Notes: generated by a model from the letters alone, not told the origin. Positions 1-13,219 are shown, counted from the first letter of the whole stretch. The stretch: 60,988 nt of DNA, filler included, from Nemertoderma westbladi (GCA_032718475.1; 4 parts of 4 records of this genome joined end to end with filler, not necessarily neighbours in it); one strand, 5' to 3'. Numbers and translations: made by a program.

Positions 1-1206
1 TGAGGTCCTCGGTTCTTCTGAAAAAAGCACCCCCCCCCCCCCCATTAAACACTTTCTATAGCTGAGTGGGTATAGAGGTCCTCGGTTCTTCTGAAAAAAG
101 CACACCCCCCCCCCCCCTTTTTCTAACATTTTTTTTGACAAATTTTTTTTGTAATATACAGTATAATACCGATAATTCCTCTAGTAATTTTTATAATTTC
201 TTCCGTATAATAGCCTACATACAGTATAATACCCGATGTTATTGTTATGTTAGGTGATGTTATCTTGGATTCTGAAAAAGAATGTAAATTTTCACAAACA
301 ATCATTATAGTGTGCTGTATATAGTAGATAAAATATAATTTATGACATAGCATAACTAGACATATGACATATGCATTAGAGACATATGCAGAGACTTAAG
401 ACATATGCATAGCATAACTAATTTGTACTTTTATACAAATTATTCACATTTTTAACAAAAAATTTAGTATTAGGCCTACTATTATCAGCCGGTTAATATG
501 TGCTATTTTATTACAGTACAGTAGTTTTTAGGTTTTTTGGGTACATTCTGACATACAGTATAATAATAACATAATTTTTCTACGGTTATCTGATTACTTA
601 ATATTTTATCGGAAACTGAATTACTGTCATTTGGATAATCAATTTTATTGATATTGGCCTTCGTTAACATTAATAAAGTCTAAAATATACATAGTTGAAT
701 AAATAAATGCTGTTAAAAGTTATTTCTCTATTACCAAATTCAGAATATCTGTCATTTTTTCATTCTTCATTGATTTTATTGAGCCGCTTAAGCATTATTA
801 TACCATCACCTTGTTCAAGTTTGTACGGTTTGTATTCGGCCCCTAGGTTTGCATTCGGCTCCTCGGTTTGTATTCGGGTCCTCGGTTTGTATTCGGGTCC
901 TCGGTTTGTATTCGGGTCCTCGGTTGGTTGAAAACGAAAGTGTTTATTTTGGCACCGGAAACCGAGGACTTCGCGTAGAATACAAACAAACCGAGGACCT
1001 TCATACTCAGAAACACATACACAGCAGTGTAGGTAAATGCATTCAAAACGAGGACCACAGCGGAATTCAATAAAAATACAGATCTGGGGTAATTTGGGGT
1101 TGCTGATTTCATTTCTGCCGTCACTGCGAACCGAGGACGTCCTCGGTTCGTTACAAGTCCTCGGTTCGCGGGTAATGTACTACGCGAAAGTCCTCGGTTT
1201 ACACCA
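1..1206. mobile_element. Right part of a non-autonomous DNA element (MULE/foldback-like MITE) with many GTCCTCGGTT sub-terminal motifs
   Basis: GTCCTCGGTT/AACCGAGGAC recurs in both orientations: direct repeat at 2-30 and 76-103, a ~21-bp tandem array at 827-927, and a cluster at 1129-1206 ending ...CCTCGGTTTACACC. The left end lies outside the window, so no TSD can be checked. Confidence 0.5.
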
Positions 1207-1218
1207 TATACGCGAGCC

Positions 1219-1345
1219 TACACACACACACCTACACACACACACACACACACACACACGTCACACACAGACTTTTGAGAAACGGCCATAGTATAATTAT
1301 ATCAGTTCGCTGATGGCTCGCCATACGTGTCTCTCGCCCCACCTA
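1219..1345 (-). mobile_element. 5' end of Helentron/DINE-1-like non-autonomous element (copy 1)
   Basis: On the - strand reads GGTGGGGCGAG...TGGCGAGCCATCAGCG...(GT)n. ~100 bp is nearly identical to 1790-1896. A terminal motif followed by a microsatellite is the DINE-1/HINE layout. Confidence 0.45.
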
Positions 1346-1789
1346 AACAAACACACACACACCTCCCCGTCAGCCAGTTCTATGGAGAGTGAATGAATGG
1401 ATAGGGAATTAATTCTATCCTACCAGCAGCAGTCTGCCTCTAACAAGCCAGGACATTCTCAGCGTTGCTAAGACACGGGAAGGAATTACTCCGTATTGAC
1501 TGTCATTAGGCGGTTAGAGCCTGCGTGTGAATTAATTGATAAAAATGCAATTTTAATTGTAAATCAATAAATAACTATAAAACTTGACATTAATCTCGAG
1601 TATAAAGTAAAGACTTTGATAGAATGGGACACGGCGAATCTACCCATGTTAATTTTATACCAGATGGGATAAATGTTACCCCCCTAAATAATTAATTACC
1701 GATAGAAGAATCGAAATAATTCGATTCGACCACACAATTTAGCTGAAGATATTAACTTCGATTATGGCTTCCGACATTTATGGCTACCG

Positions 1790-1896
1790 ACACACACACA
1801 CACACACACACACGTCACACACAGACTTTTGAGAAACGGCCATAGTATAATTATATCAGTTCGCTGATGGCTCGCCATACGTGTCTCGCCCCACAC
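1790..1896 (-). mobile_element. 5' end of Helentron/DINE-1-like element (copy 2)
   Basis: Direct repeat of 1240-1340: (CA)n-CGTCACACACAGACTTTT(T)GAGAAACGGCC...CTCGCCCCAC. Confidence 0.45.
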
Positions 1897-3635
1897 GAAC
1901 CCATATGAAGCTAGCTAGATCGTAGCGCACATTGACCCCAAGTGAAACACTTATCTCCACGCAAACTGACCGCAAGTGAAAGGTAACAAGCGCGAAATCG
2001 CGCAAAGGTCCGCGTATACTGACGCATATGAACTGTCTGGGGTGGGGGTGACTCTCAGATTATTTGTTATCAGTTTCGTATTTCAGCAGCTCAGCTTAAC
2101 TAACCAAATCGATAACGTAGATTATACCAAGATTGACGACGGACTATCTTATGAGTGCAGATGGTGGTAGCGCTAATCTGAATAGCCTAAGGTTAGCCCT
2201 GGTATCCGTAGCTAATCTATTCCAATGCAACCAAAGACAATGGGAAGTGCCAAAAACAGTCATATTATCTATTTAGTTGAGTAAACAGGAGCTGCCTGCG
2301 GTATGGCCAAATACACTCTCGGTATATTAGATTAATTATTACGCATCCTTGGTAAATAAAGTTGCACAGGAAGACAGACATTAACTAAAACCAATAAGTT
2401 CCATAAAACCGATCAAAGCAAAAACAAACAATATGATGTAAAAAATTAAAACGTACGAACGTAACTTACGTGGAATTTGGCCATGTCAGAAGAAAGGAAA
2501 GTTATTCTTATTCAAATCATTAGCATTGGAAAGTGGTTTGGAAAATGCTTTTTGGGCGGTTGGAACTTTAGGTTATAATTAATGGAAGCTTACCACCAAC
2601 GGTATAATGTAAGATATGGGAAGACAAACAATAAAGGTACCACGTCAAACCAGCTCGCTAAGTCAAAAACATATCCAAGAGCGCACGTTTGAATGAATTT
2701 ACATAAATTAAATTACATTTTATTTTAATACTTTTATTACGAAATTATAACTAAATTAGTTTTCAAAATTACATAGTATTACTAAATTGTAAGATTATTT
2801 TATATTTGAACACTAAATTTATTGATGGTAGAGATTAGCTCTAACTGTAGTAGACATAGCTCTTAATGGAGTAGACACATAGAAACATACAACGATAAAG
2901 AACTACATGTAGTCCTTCTTTGGAGTAAATCCAACAAACCACTAACTAAAACCCAAAAATGCCAAATGTATCATCTTAAATCCACGTCATATAAAACACA
3001 TATTATACCTTAACTTGTCAGGTTCCTTTTTCTGTTACGTCCCCTTACAGAGATGCCTACATATTGCTTTCTCATACATTTTAGTTACAAGTATTTATAA
3101 TATATATTTAATGCTTACTAATAAAATATTCAATAAATTAATTAATGTGAAATGTAAAATCGTAAGCGCGTAAAATGTATATCGTTATTAATTTAGTTTA
3201 GATTTCGTGAAAGTTGCCTAACTTAATTTAACATCGCTAAAGAATCCTTTAATCAGAGGCCGGCACTGACGAACCATGGAGGATTAGCTTCGGTATAACT
3301 CCGTTCCCAGTGTAATAGGACAGCGGCCATTACAACCATAATGATAACAATCTGATTTATTATTCATTAGCCGAATGAAACGGAAAAGAAAGCCACGGGA
3401 AATCGGTTCTTTAAATAAATCAGAGATTTAAAATACAAGTAATGAGGATAGTGGTAGAGCCATTATTTATTCATACCAAAAACTTCCTCGTTTTGATTAA
3501 CCAAGTTTTATATGATTGAAGGGCGGGGCGTCGCACGTTCATAAATACAACTAGTATTATGTAAATCTAGAATTACATGAGTATCCACCTAGTAACATAA
3601 ATAAAACTCAACTGAAATTATATAACATCGTAGTT

Positions 3636-4452
3636 ACTAGATATTTCAGACTACCAACAACAACATGTTGTGGGGCCTTCGCGCAGCACGTGAGCTTATA
3701 TAAGAAAGCGAACTACTCTCCATTAGTGTCATATTTTGTGCTTTATAATTTGCTCTGTTTGTTTAGTAATATGTGCAATCATCCATGCATCAAAGGCAAT
3801 AATTATAATAATAATAATTTTAAAAAATAACCTTCCTCACAAAGACGCATCTGTTCTGGTTGTCAAGATTCAGCTTAAACGGGTTAATATCACTGTGACT
3901 AGAGAATGTTTTTACACCTACAGATATTTCGCTTTCTAGCGGAAGTTTGGAGAACTGCAGACCATTTACCGTCCCCATAAAGGCACAGACTGCATTCTAG
4001 TAAATTTCTCACAAGTTTCATCTTGAATGGATGATAAATTACGAAGAAGGATTTCACTATCAGACAATTCGCTCTCTAGCAGCAGACTGGAGAACTGCAG
4101 AAGGATTAGCCACCCTTGAAAGATACATATCTGCTAAGTGTCAACTTGAACGGATCAAAACCATAGAATCAATAGGAGGTTATTTATTGTTTAGACATGT
4201 AGCGCCTTAGCGGCCGACTGGCGAACTGTATAATACTGTCTGAATGTAAACTTTCTAAACTTTTTTTCATAGAATAGTACTTCAAAGTTTCAGTTTAAAA
4301 AAGTGGAGAGTTCCTGAGAAATAGGCTTTCAATGATTAGATAGACAGACAGACCGACACACGGACAGACACACAATCTGTTGATATGATCAGTTGAGATA
4401 GTGGTACCAGTATGCTAAGCTGGCTTACTTTCGTGGCTCGCCCCACAACTGT
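3636..4452 (-). mobile_element. Helentron/DINE-1-like (HINE) non-autonomous element
   Basis: Sub-terminal inverted repeats GTTGTGGGGC (3667-3676) and GCCCCACAAC (4440-4449). A GTCT/GTCC-like microsatellite lies near the 5' end (4338-4373), followed by TTTCTCAGGAACT...AAACTGAAACTT. The 3' end reads ...CTAGT on the - strand. Confidence 0.55.
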
Positions 4453-7400
4453 TTTGTAGGGTGAGCAACGTAGTTGGCAGAGCCTTAGTAAATTTAAACT
4501 GTAAAAATAAATTTTTGAGTGAAGTTTCATTAATGCGAAGTGTAAAATATAAATTAAAGCAATGTAGAAAAGGAAATAATCAGGACATGAAGGGAAGTTG
4601 GTTGGATTGAAAATAATTGGTCTATTAACAAAATTGGAACAATGCCACGGGGTGTGGCTTGTGGGAGGTAAGAGACTTAGGTGTGAATAGGGAAGGACTT
4701 AGTGAGCAACCTGGGTCATTATTGGTAGAAACGTAGGAATAATAAGTTCAATTAAAGCAATCTGTGAGATCCAAGCGGGTATAATTGGGGAAATTCATCA
4801 CGATTCGTGAGGTTGAAGTCATTCGGAATAAAAACCACAACGAGGGAGAAATACTGAGCTGAGGTTAACGACCCCACGAGTGTGGGTCGAGTTGGGGTGG
4901 TTGATGGGCTAGTTAGGGTGGTTGGTGGGGTGAGTTAGGGTGGTTGGTGGGGCGAGTTGGGGTGGTTGGAGGGGCGAGTTAGGGTGGTTGGTGGGGCGAG
5001 TTAGGGTGGTTGGTGGGGCAAGTTAGGGTGGTTGGTGGGGCGAGTTAGGGTGGTTCGTGATGCGAGCCAAGGTTGGTGGTGAGGCGAGTTATGGTGTTTG
5101 GTGGGGCGAGTTATGGTGGTTGGTGGGGCGAGTTAGGGTGGTTGGTGGGGCGAGTTAGGGTGGTTGGTGGGGCGAGTTAGGGTGATTGGTGGGGCAAGTT
5201 AGGGTGGTTGGTGGGGCGAGTTAGGGTGGTTGGTGGGGCAAGTTAGGGTGGTTGGTGGGGCGAGTTAGGGTGGTTCGTGATGCGAGCCAAGGTTGGTGGT
5301 GAGGCGAGTTATGGTGTTTGGTGGGGCGAGTTATGGTGGTTGGTGGGGCGAGTTAGGGTGGTTGGTGGGACGAGTTAGGGTGGTTGAAGGGGCGAGTTAG
5401 GGTGGTTGGAGGGGCGAGTTGGGTGGTTGGTGAGGCGAGTTAGGGTGTTTGGTGGGGCGAGCCAAGCTGGATGATAAGGCGAGTTATGGTGGTTGGTGGG
5501 GCGAGTTATAGTGGTTGGTGGGGCGAGTTAGGGTGATTGGTGGGGCGAGTTAGGGTGGTTGGTGGGGCGAGTTAGGGTGGTTGGTGAGGCGAGTTATAGT
5601 TGTTGGTGAGGCGAGTTAGGGTGTTTGGTGGGGCGAGCCAAGCTGGATGATGAGGCGAGTTATGGTGGTTGGTGGGGCGAGTTATAGTGGTTGGTGGGGC
5701 GAGTTAGGGTGATTGGTGGGGCGAGTTAGGGTGGTTGGTGGGGCGAGTTAGGGTGGTTGGTGAGGCGAGTTATAGTTGTTGGTGAGGCGAGTTAGGGTGT
5801 TTGGTGGGGCGAGCCAAGCTGGATGATGAGGCGAGTTATGGTGGTTGGTGGGGCGAGTTAGGGTGGTTGGTGGGGCGAGTTAGGGTGGTTGGTGGGGCGA
5901 GTTAGGGTGGTTGGAGGGGCGAGCCAAGGTGGGTGATGAGGCGAGTTATGGTGGTTGGTGGGGCGAGTTATAGTGGTTGGTGGGGCGAGTTATAGTGGTT
6001 GGTGGGGCGAGTTATAGTGGTTGGTGGGGCGAGTTATAGTGGTTGGTGGGGCGAGCCAAGCTGGATGATAGGGCGAGTTATGGTGGTTGGTGGGGCGAGT
6101 TATAGTGGTTGGTGGGGCGAGTTATAGTGGTTGGTGGGGCGAGTTATAGTGGTTGGTGGGGCGAGTTATAGTGGTTGGTGGGGCGAGTTATAGTGGTTGG
6201 TGGGGCGAGTTAGGGTGGTTGGAGGGGCGAGCCAAGGTGGGTGATGAGGCGAGTTATGGTGGTTGGTGGGGCGAGTTATAGTGGTTGGTGGTGCGAGTTA
6301 TAGTGGTTGGTGGGGCGAGTTATAGTGGTTGGTGGGGCGAGTTATAGTGGTTGGTGGGGCGAGTTATAGTGGTTGGTGGGGCGAGTTAGGGTGGTTGGTG
6401 GGGCGAGTTACGGTGGTTGGTGGGGCAAGTTAGGGTGGTTGGTGGGGCGAGTTAGGGTGGTTGGAGGGGCGAGCCAAGGTGGGTGATGAGGCGAGTTATG
6501 GTGGTTGGTGGGGCGAGTTATAGTGGTTGGTGGGGCGAGTTATAGTGGTTGGTGGGGCGAGTTATAGTGGTTGGTGGGGCGAGTTATAGTGGTTGGTGGG
6601 GCGAGTTATAGTGGTTGGTGGGGCGAGTTAGGGTGGTTGGAGGGGCGAGCCAAGGTGGGTGATGAGGCGAGTTATGGTGGTTGGTGGGGCGAGTTATAGT
6701 GGTTGGTGGGGCGAGTTATAGTGGTTGGTGGGGCGAGTTATAGTGGTTGGTGGGGCGAGTTATGGTGGTTGGTGGGGCGAGTTATAGTGGTTGGTGGGGC
6801 GAGTTAGGGTGGTTGGTGGGGCGAGTTAGGGTGGTTGGTGGGGCAAGTTAGGGTGGTTGGTGGGGCGAGTTAGGGTGGTTGGAGGGGCGAGCCAAGGTGG
6901 GTGATGAGGCGAGTTATGGTGGTTGGTGGGGCGAGTTATAGTGGTTGGTGGGGCGAGTTATAGTGGTTGGTGGGGCGAGTTATAGTGGTTGGTGGGGCGA
7001 GTTAGGGTGGTTGGTGGGGCGAGTTAGGGTGGAAGGTGGGGCGAGTTATAGTGGTTGGTGAGGCGAGTTAGAGTGTTTGGTGGGGCGAGTTAGGGTGGTT
7101 GGTGGGGCGAGTTAGGGTGGTTGGTGAGGCGAGTTAGGGTGGTTGGTGGGGCGAGCCAAGCTGGATGATGAGGCGAGTTATGGTGGTTGGTGGGGCGAGT
7201 TATAGTGGTTGGTGGGGCGAGTTAGGGTGGTTGGTGGGGCGAGTTAGGGTGGTTGGTGGGGCGAGTTAGGGTGGTTGGTGGGCCGAGCCAAGCTGGATGA
7301 TGAGGCGAGTTATGGTGGTTGGTGGGGCGAGTTATAGTGGTTGGTGGGGCGAGTTAGGGTGGTTGGTGGGGCGAGTTAGGGTGGTTGGTGGGGCGAGTTA

Positions 7401-9762
7401 GGGTGGTTGGAGGGGCGAGCCAAGGTGGGTGATGAGGCGAGTTATGGTGGTTGGTGGGGCGAGTTATAGTGGTTGGTGGGGCGAGTTATAGTGGTTGGTG
7501 GGGCGAGTTAGGGTGGTTGGTGGGGCGAGTTAGGGTGGTTGGTGGGGCGAGTTAGGGTGGTTGGAGGGGCGAGCCAAGGTGGGTGATGAGGCGAGTTATG
7601 GTGGTTGGTGGGGCGAGTTATAGTGGTTGGTGGGGCGAGTTATAGTGGTTGGTGGGGCGAGTTAGGGTGGTTGGTGGGGCGAGTTAGGGTGGTTGGTGGG
7701 GCGAGTTAGGGTGGAAGGTGGGGCGAGTTATAGTGGTTGGTGAGGCGAGTTAGAGTGTTTGGTGGGGCGAGTTAGGGTGGTTGGTGGGGCGAGTTAGGGT
7801 GGTTGGTGAGGGGAGTTATAGTTGTTGGTGAGGCGAGTTAGGGTGTTTGGTGGGGCGAGCCAAGCTGGATGATAAGGCGAGTTATGGTGGTTGGTGGGGC
7901 GAGTTATAGTGGTTGGTGGGGCGAGTTAGGGTGATTGGTGGGGCGAGTTAGGGTGGTTGGTGGGGCGAGTTAGGGTGGTTGGTGAGGCGAGTTATAGTTG
8001 TTGGTGAGGCGAGTTATGGTGGTTGGTGGGGCGAGTTATAGTGGTTGGTTGGGCGAGTTAGGGTGGTTGGTGGGGCGAGTTAGGGTGGTTGGTGGGGCGA
8101 GTTAGGGTGGTTGGAGGGGCGAGCCAAGGTGGGTGATGAGGCGAGTTATGGTGGTTGGTGGGGCGAGTTATAGTGGTTGGTGGGGCGAGTTATAGTGGTT
8201 GGTGGGGCGAGTTATAGTGGTTGGTGGGGCGAGTTATAGTGGTTGGTGGGGCGAGTTAGGGTGGTTGGTGGGGCGAGTTAGGGTGGTTGGTGGGGCGAGT
8301 TAGGGTGATTGGTGGGGCGAGTTAGGGTGGTTGGTGGGGCGAGTTAGGGTGGTTGGTGAGGCGAGTTAGGGTGGTTGGTGGGGCGAGTTAGGGTGGTTGG
8401 TGGGGCGAGTTAGGGTGGTTGGTGAGGCGAGTTAGGGTGGTTGGTGAGGCGAGTTATAGTGGTTGGTGAGGCGAGTTAGGGTGATTGGTGGGGCGAGTTA
8501 GGGTGGTTGGTGGGGCGAGTTAGGGTGGTTGGTGAGGCGAGTTAGGGTGGTTGGTGAGGCGAGTTATAGTGGTTGGTGGGGCGAGTTAGGGTGTTTGGTG
8601 GGGCGAGCCAAGCTGGATGATGAAGCGAGTTATGGTGGTTGGTGGGGCGAGTTATAGTGGTTGGTGGGGCGAGTTAGGGTGGTTGGTGGGGCGAGTTAGG
8701 GTGGTTGGTGAGGCGAGTTATAGTTGTTGGTGAGGCGAGTTAGGGTGTTTGGTGGGGCGAGCCAAGCTGGATGATGAGGCGAGTTATGGTGGTTGGTGGG
8801 GCGAGTTATAGTGGTTGGTGGGGCGAGTTAGGGTGGTTGGTGGGGCGAGTTAGTGTGGTTGGTGGGGCAAGTTAGGGTGGTTGATGGGCGAGTTATGGTG
8901 GTTGGTGGGGCGAGTTATAGTGGTTGGTGGGGCGAGTTATAGTGGTTGGTGGGTCGAGTTAGGGTGGTTGGTGAGGCGAGTTAGGGTGGTTGGTGGGGCG
9001 AGTTATAGTGGTTGGTGGGGCGAGTTAGGGTGGTTGGTGGGGCAAGTTAGGGTGGTTGGTGGGGCGAGTTATAGTGGTTGGTGGGGCGAGTTAGGGTGGT
9101 TGGTGGGGCGAGTTATAGTGGTTGGTGGGGCGAGTTATAGTGGTTGGTGGGGCGAGTTATAGTGGTTGGTGGGTCGAGTTAGGGTGGTTGGTGGGGCGAG
9201 TTAGGGTGGTTGGTGGGGCGAGTTATAGTGGTTGGTGGGGCGAGTTAGGGTGGTTGGTGGGGCAAGTTAGGGTGGTTGGTGGGGCGAGTTATAGTGGTTG
9301 GTGAGGCGAGTTAGGGTGGTTGGTGGGGCGAGTTAGGGTGGTTGGTGAGGCGAGTTAGGGTGTTTGGTGGGGCGAGCCAAGCTGGATGATGAGGCGAGTT
9401 ATGGTGGTTGGTGGGGCGAGTTATAGTGGTTGGTGGGGCGAGTTAGGGTGGTTGGTGGGGCGAGTTAGTGTGGTTGGTGGGGCAAGTTAGGGTGGTTGAT
9501 GGGCGAGTTATAGTGGTTGGTGGGTCGAGTTAGGGTGGTTGGTAGGGCGAGTTAGGATGGTTGGTGGGGCGAGTTATAGTGGTTGGTGGGGCGAGTTAGG
9601 GTGGTTGGTGGGGCGAGTTATAGTGGTTGGTGGGGCGAGTTATAGTGGTTGGTGAGGCGAGTTAGGGTGATTGGTGGGGCGAGTTAGGGTGGTTGGTGAG
9701 GCGAGTTATAGTGGTTGGTGGGGCAAGTTAGGGTGGTTGGTGGGGCAAGTTAGGGTGGTTGG

Positions 9763-11545
9763 TAGGGATGTCCCGGAATTCCGTTCCGGCTGGAATTCCG
9801 GCTGTTTTTGCCCGATTCCGGTTCCGGCCGGAATTGCCGGAATGGGGTCAATTCCGGCCGGAATTTTACCGGAATTACCAGGTTCCTAACTAGTTTGATA
9901 GTTGCAATTAGTTTGTTAAATTATTATCAACATTTATATATTTTTCAAACATTATTACCAATTATATCGTTTAAGATACTTTTCAACACTTGTAAAAAAG
10001 TATAGTACAAAAAGTATAGTTTTCTTCGACCGTTAGAGCTAACATTTAAGGATGAAAGGCATAGATGCCCCCTGGTTAGCCCCTTCAAACCATCGTGCCG
10101 AATCGAAAACTGATTGGACCACATGCGGGGATCGAACCCACGACCTCCAGAGAGATGGGAATTCAATGCAACCACTTCACCAAGGTGGAACCTAACAAAC
10201 CTATCTAACGAGGGAAAATTCACACCCACCCCGTTTTTTACAGTGAATGCAGTGTATGTGCATATGCAGTGCAGGGTATGTAACACATTTCCAAAAAAAA
10301 TTCACTTGGTATTCAAACTAAAGTGGTCCCAACATGTGTTACACCACTTACTGTAGTATTCATATACAATTCATAACCGGTTTAATTTACATTAACTAAT
10401 TAAACCCTTTGTCCTTCTGAAGATATTTTATGAAATGCATCATTAGAGGCCCGTGCTACACTGGTAAGTCGTTTCCAGATTTTGTCTTTAGTCAGATTGT
10501 CAAAATGAATGCCTCCTTGCTCCATTGGTAACACAAGTCATAAGTCATTTGATAAAAAATATAAGATGCGTGTGTCACACACATTTAGTGCATATTTATA
10601 CCCAAAGTAACCAATCACAGGCATCTTGGCGGATATAACACCTGATTCATTGTCAAAAGATGGAACATGTCTGACTAAGACTGCATAAGACTTAGCAGTG
10701 GAACACGGGCCGCCACGAGTGGTTTTTCTCAATTTGCTTATAAAATGACGTTTTTTAGATTGATTTTACATTGATCTTACAATATTTTACATTGACCTTA
10801 CAATATTTTACATTGATTTTTTTTACAATATTTTACATTGAATTTATAGTATTTACATTGATTTTATATTATTTTACTTTGAATTATTAATTATGATAAT
10901 ATTATGATTGGTATAGTCCAACGTAACATTAGGATTACCCCTAAATATTTGCAGCTTATTTCCATGGGGGTCCTTTATGTTACTTGGTTACAAACAGTAT
11001 TACACAATTACAATTACTACTCTAACCTAAATCTAATATAAAACGTTATTACAATACATTTACATACATGCATGTCACTGTAACATGCTCCTTTCCCTTA
11101 AAGACACTAGGATATTGCACCATAGGACCTAATGACGCGAAACCCCATTAGGTTTTTGGTTAACGTAGGTTTTTAGGTATGAGTCTAAAGGCTAAAAACC
11201 TAACTTTTGGCCAAAGTTATAGATTTTAGAAAACAATTATATTGAATTCCCTGTCGTTCAATGCCGAAGTACCATCTCGTCCCCATAAAAGGCCATAACG
11301 GGCCAGGCCATTCTCCACTCCACCCACCTTATTTCCCCCAAGGTTCTGATTCATCTCATTAGCAAACTTAGCTGTAGAAATTAAAAAAAATCCATTTGGT
11401 TCACAAAAAATTATAAAGTTTCATGGGTCATTTATTGTATTTCATTAATTATAGAAAATTCCGGTTCCGGCCGGAATATTCCGGCATGTTGGATTCCGGT
11501 TCCGGTTCCGGCCGGAATCAAAATATCGATTCCGGGACATCCCTA
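9763..11545. mobile_element. Non-autonomous hAT-superfamily DNA transposon
   Basis: TIRs TAGGGATGTCCCGGAAT / ATTCCGGGACATCCCTA. 8-bp TSD GTGGTTGG at 9755-9762 and 11546-11553. CCGGAA-rich sub-terminal repeats at both ends. No transposase ORF. Confidence 0.9.
10030..10192 (-). mobile_element. tRNA-derived SINE or tRNA pseudogene nested in the hAT element
   Basis: The - strand head GGTTCCACCTTGGTGAAGTGGTT...CGTGGGTTCGATCCCCGC has a Pol III A box (TGGTGAAGTGG) and B box (GGTTCGATCC). The cloverleaf is imperfect and the 3' boundary is approximate. Confidence 0.65.
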
Positions 11546-13219
11546 GTGGTTGGTGGGGCGAGTTAGGGTGGTTGGAGGGGCAAGTTAGGGTGGTTGGAGG
11601 GGCAAGTTAGGGTGGTTGGAGGGGCAAGTTAGGGTGGTTGGTGGGGCGAGTTAGGGTGGTTGGTGGGGCAAGTTAGGGTGGTTGGTGGGGCGAGTTAGGG
11701 TGGTTGGTGGGGCGAGTTAGGGTGGTTGGAGGGGCGAGCCAAGGCATAATATATTTGTGATCCCTTATAAAATATTTATGACAAATATCATTCTAAAAAA
11801 CGAATTTTAGACGATTTTTAAAGAAAATCAAGATATATTATCAACACCATATCAATAGATTATCAAGAAGTTGTTAATTCGAATTCGAAGTTGAACGAAA
11901 TTGTTAAAATGTTAATATGTTGTCTGTATTTTAATTCTATAATAATTTGCATTAAACGAAATATGTCGCTCGCAAAATCTTGTATAAATACGGAACTAGA
12001 GATCAAATATAATCAACAACAATTAATTCGAATCGCTGTTATATTGGCGGCACAATTAGCGGATTTATAAGAAATAAAATCTAAATTTAAAAACTTTAAA
12101 TACTTAAATAAATATAATTAATTAAGTACCAGTAGCACTGCGTAATAATTGCCAATAACTAAGTACAAATAACGGATGGGGTCTAACAACTAACGCTAAT
12201 AATAAGGCAACTATATAGTTCCATCTATTTCTATTCAGAGAAATTCATAAAAAAAAAGCCGGAAATAGGACCGAACCGAATAATCCTCAAAATTTAATTA
12301 ATTATAAAATAATTCGGCATTAACTAACATCGTTAGTCATAGTACTAACTTCGGGTTGTTCTAGAAATTATAATAACCCAGCTGTTCATTCAAAAGGGAC
12401 ATAATGTAAACTTTACTGGATCTAGAAGTGTAACTTTACAATGACATTGAACTTGGAAATTAACTTGTGCAAGATACGCCACAATTACGGCATATTATTA
12501 TCAGTGTTGTGGGGTGGCAGAGCGACAGTGTTATACTTCGATGCTGTTATCATTTGCTATTTTAAAATTCGATAAAATCTACCAAGATTACAGTTTTTCT
12601 AAGAATGGTTTCATATGCGATGCTATGCGATTTTTATATTTTAAGTAATTTTCGTAATGATACAAATACACCATTTTGGAATTAAATTATAAACTCGTTC
12701 TCTCGCTACGTTCGTTCGTATTGGATCGGATCAGCACACTGTAAAATTGTCTTTACATTTGCGATGCATGATATTATGATATTGAGATATTATATATTGA
12801 GATTGATATATTGAGATTATATGTATGATATTATGATATTCAGTCTTAATTCAATACAAACAATCCAATTACATTACTAATCCAGCTCTGTAAAGCTACT
12901 GGAACAAAAATAATCAAAACAGATGGAAACAATATAATTATAATGAAGCTGTATATATTTGTTACTTACTAATGAGGGGGGTGGGGGGGGGGGGGGGGGG
13001 GTAAAGGGAGAAATAATATTAACATTGTAGTGAAAATAAATTTATTGGCTTTGCGATAATGGAAAATAAAAATACTAGGGAATACATTCAATGTATTGTG
13101 GGAGAAAATGTATTACATTAAATATATTACAAGCCAGATAGGGGGGAACTTTCGACGCAATAATAATATATTTCCCCTCCGCAGGGGAAATTCGACGCAA
13201 ATAACAGCTGATTACTTCG

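Larger units (their letters stand above)
4884..11744 (+). repeat. G-rich 22-bp satellite, consensus GAGTTAGGGTGGTTGGTGGGGC, split by a hAT insertion at 9763-11545
   Basis: More than 200 tandem units visible directly. Variants include TTATAGT and TTATGGT, plus a recurrent GAGCCAAG(C/G)TGG(A/G)TGATGAGGC unit. Confidence 0.98.

Noticed and set aside
2440-2700. Possible MULE transposase remnant (YNLMEAYHQRYN resembles TNNxxExxH)
   Set aside because: A single short motif with no supporting upstream domains is too weak to call.
3266-3385. Hammerhead or twister ribozyme (CTGACGA present)
   Set aside because: No stem II closing onto GAAA, no stem III/NUH arrangement and no twister P4 loop consensus could be built. 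Kept only as an unassigned hairpin.
8881-9889. Gly/Trp/Val-rich ORFs in the G-rich array
   Set aside because: Translation of satellite units with no coding evidence.
10114-10192. Functional tRNA gene
   Set aside because: A and B boxes are present, but the acceptor and anticodon arms pair poorly. Better explained as a SINE head or pseudogene.
4884-11744. True telomere or telomere fusion
   Set aside because: TTAGGG is never tandem, only embedded in a 22-bp unit, and genes follow immediately.
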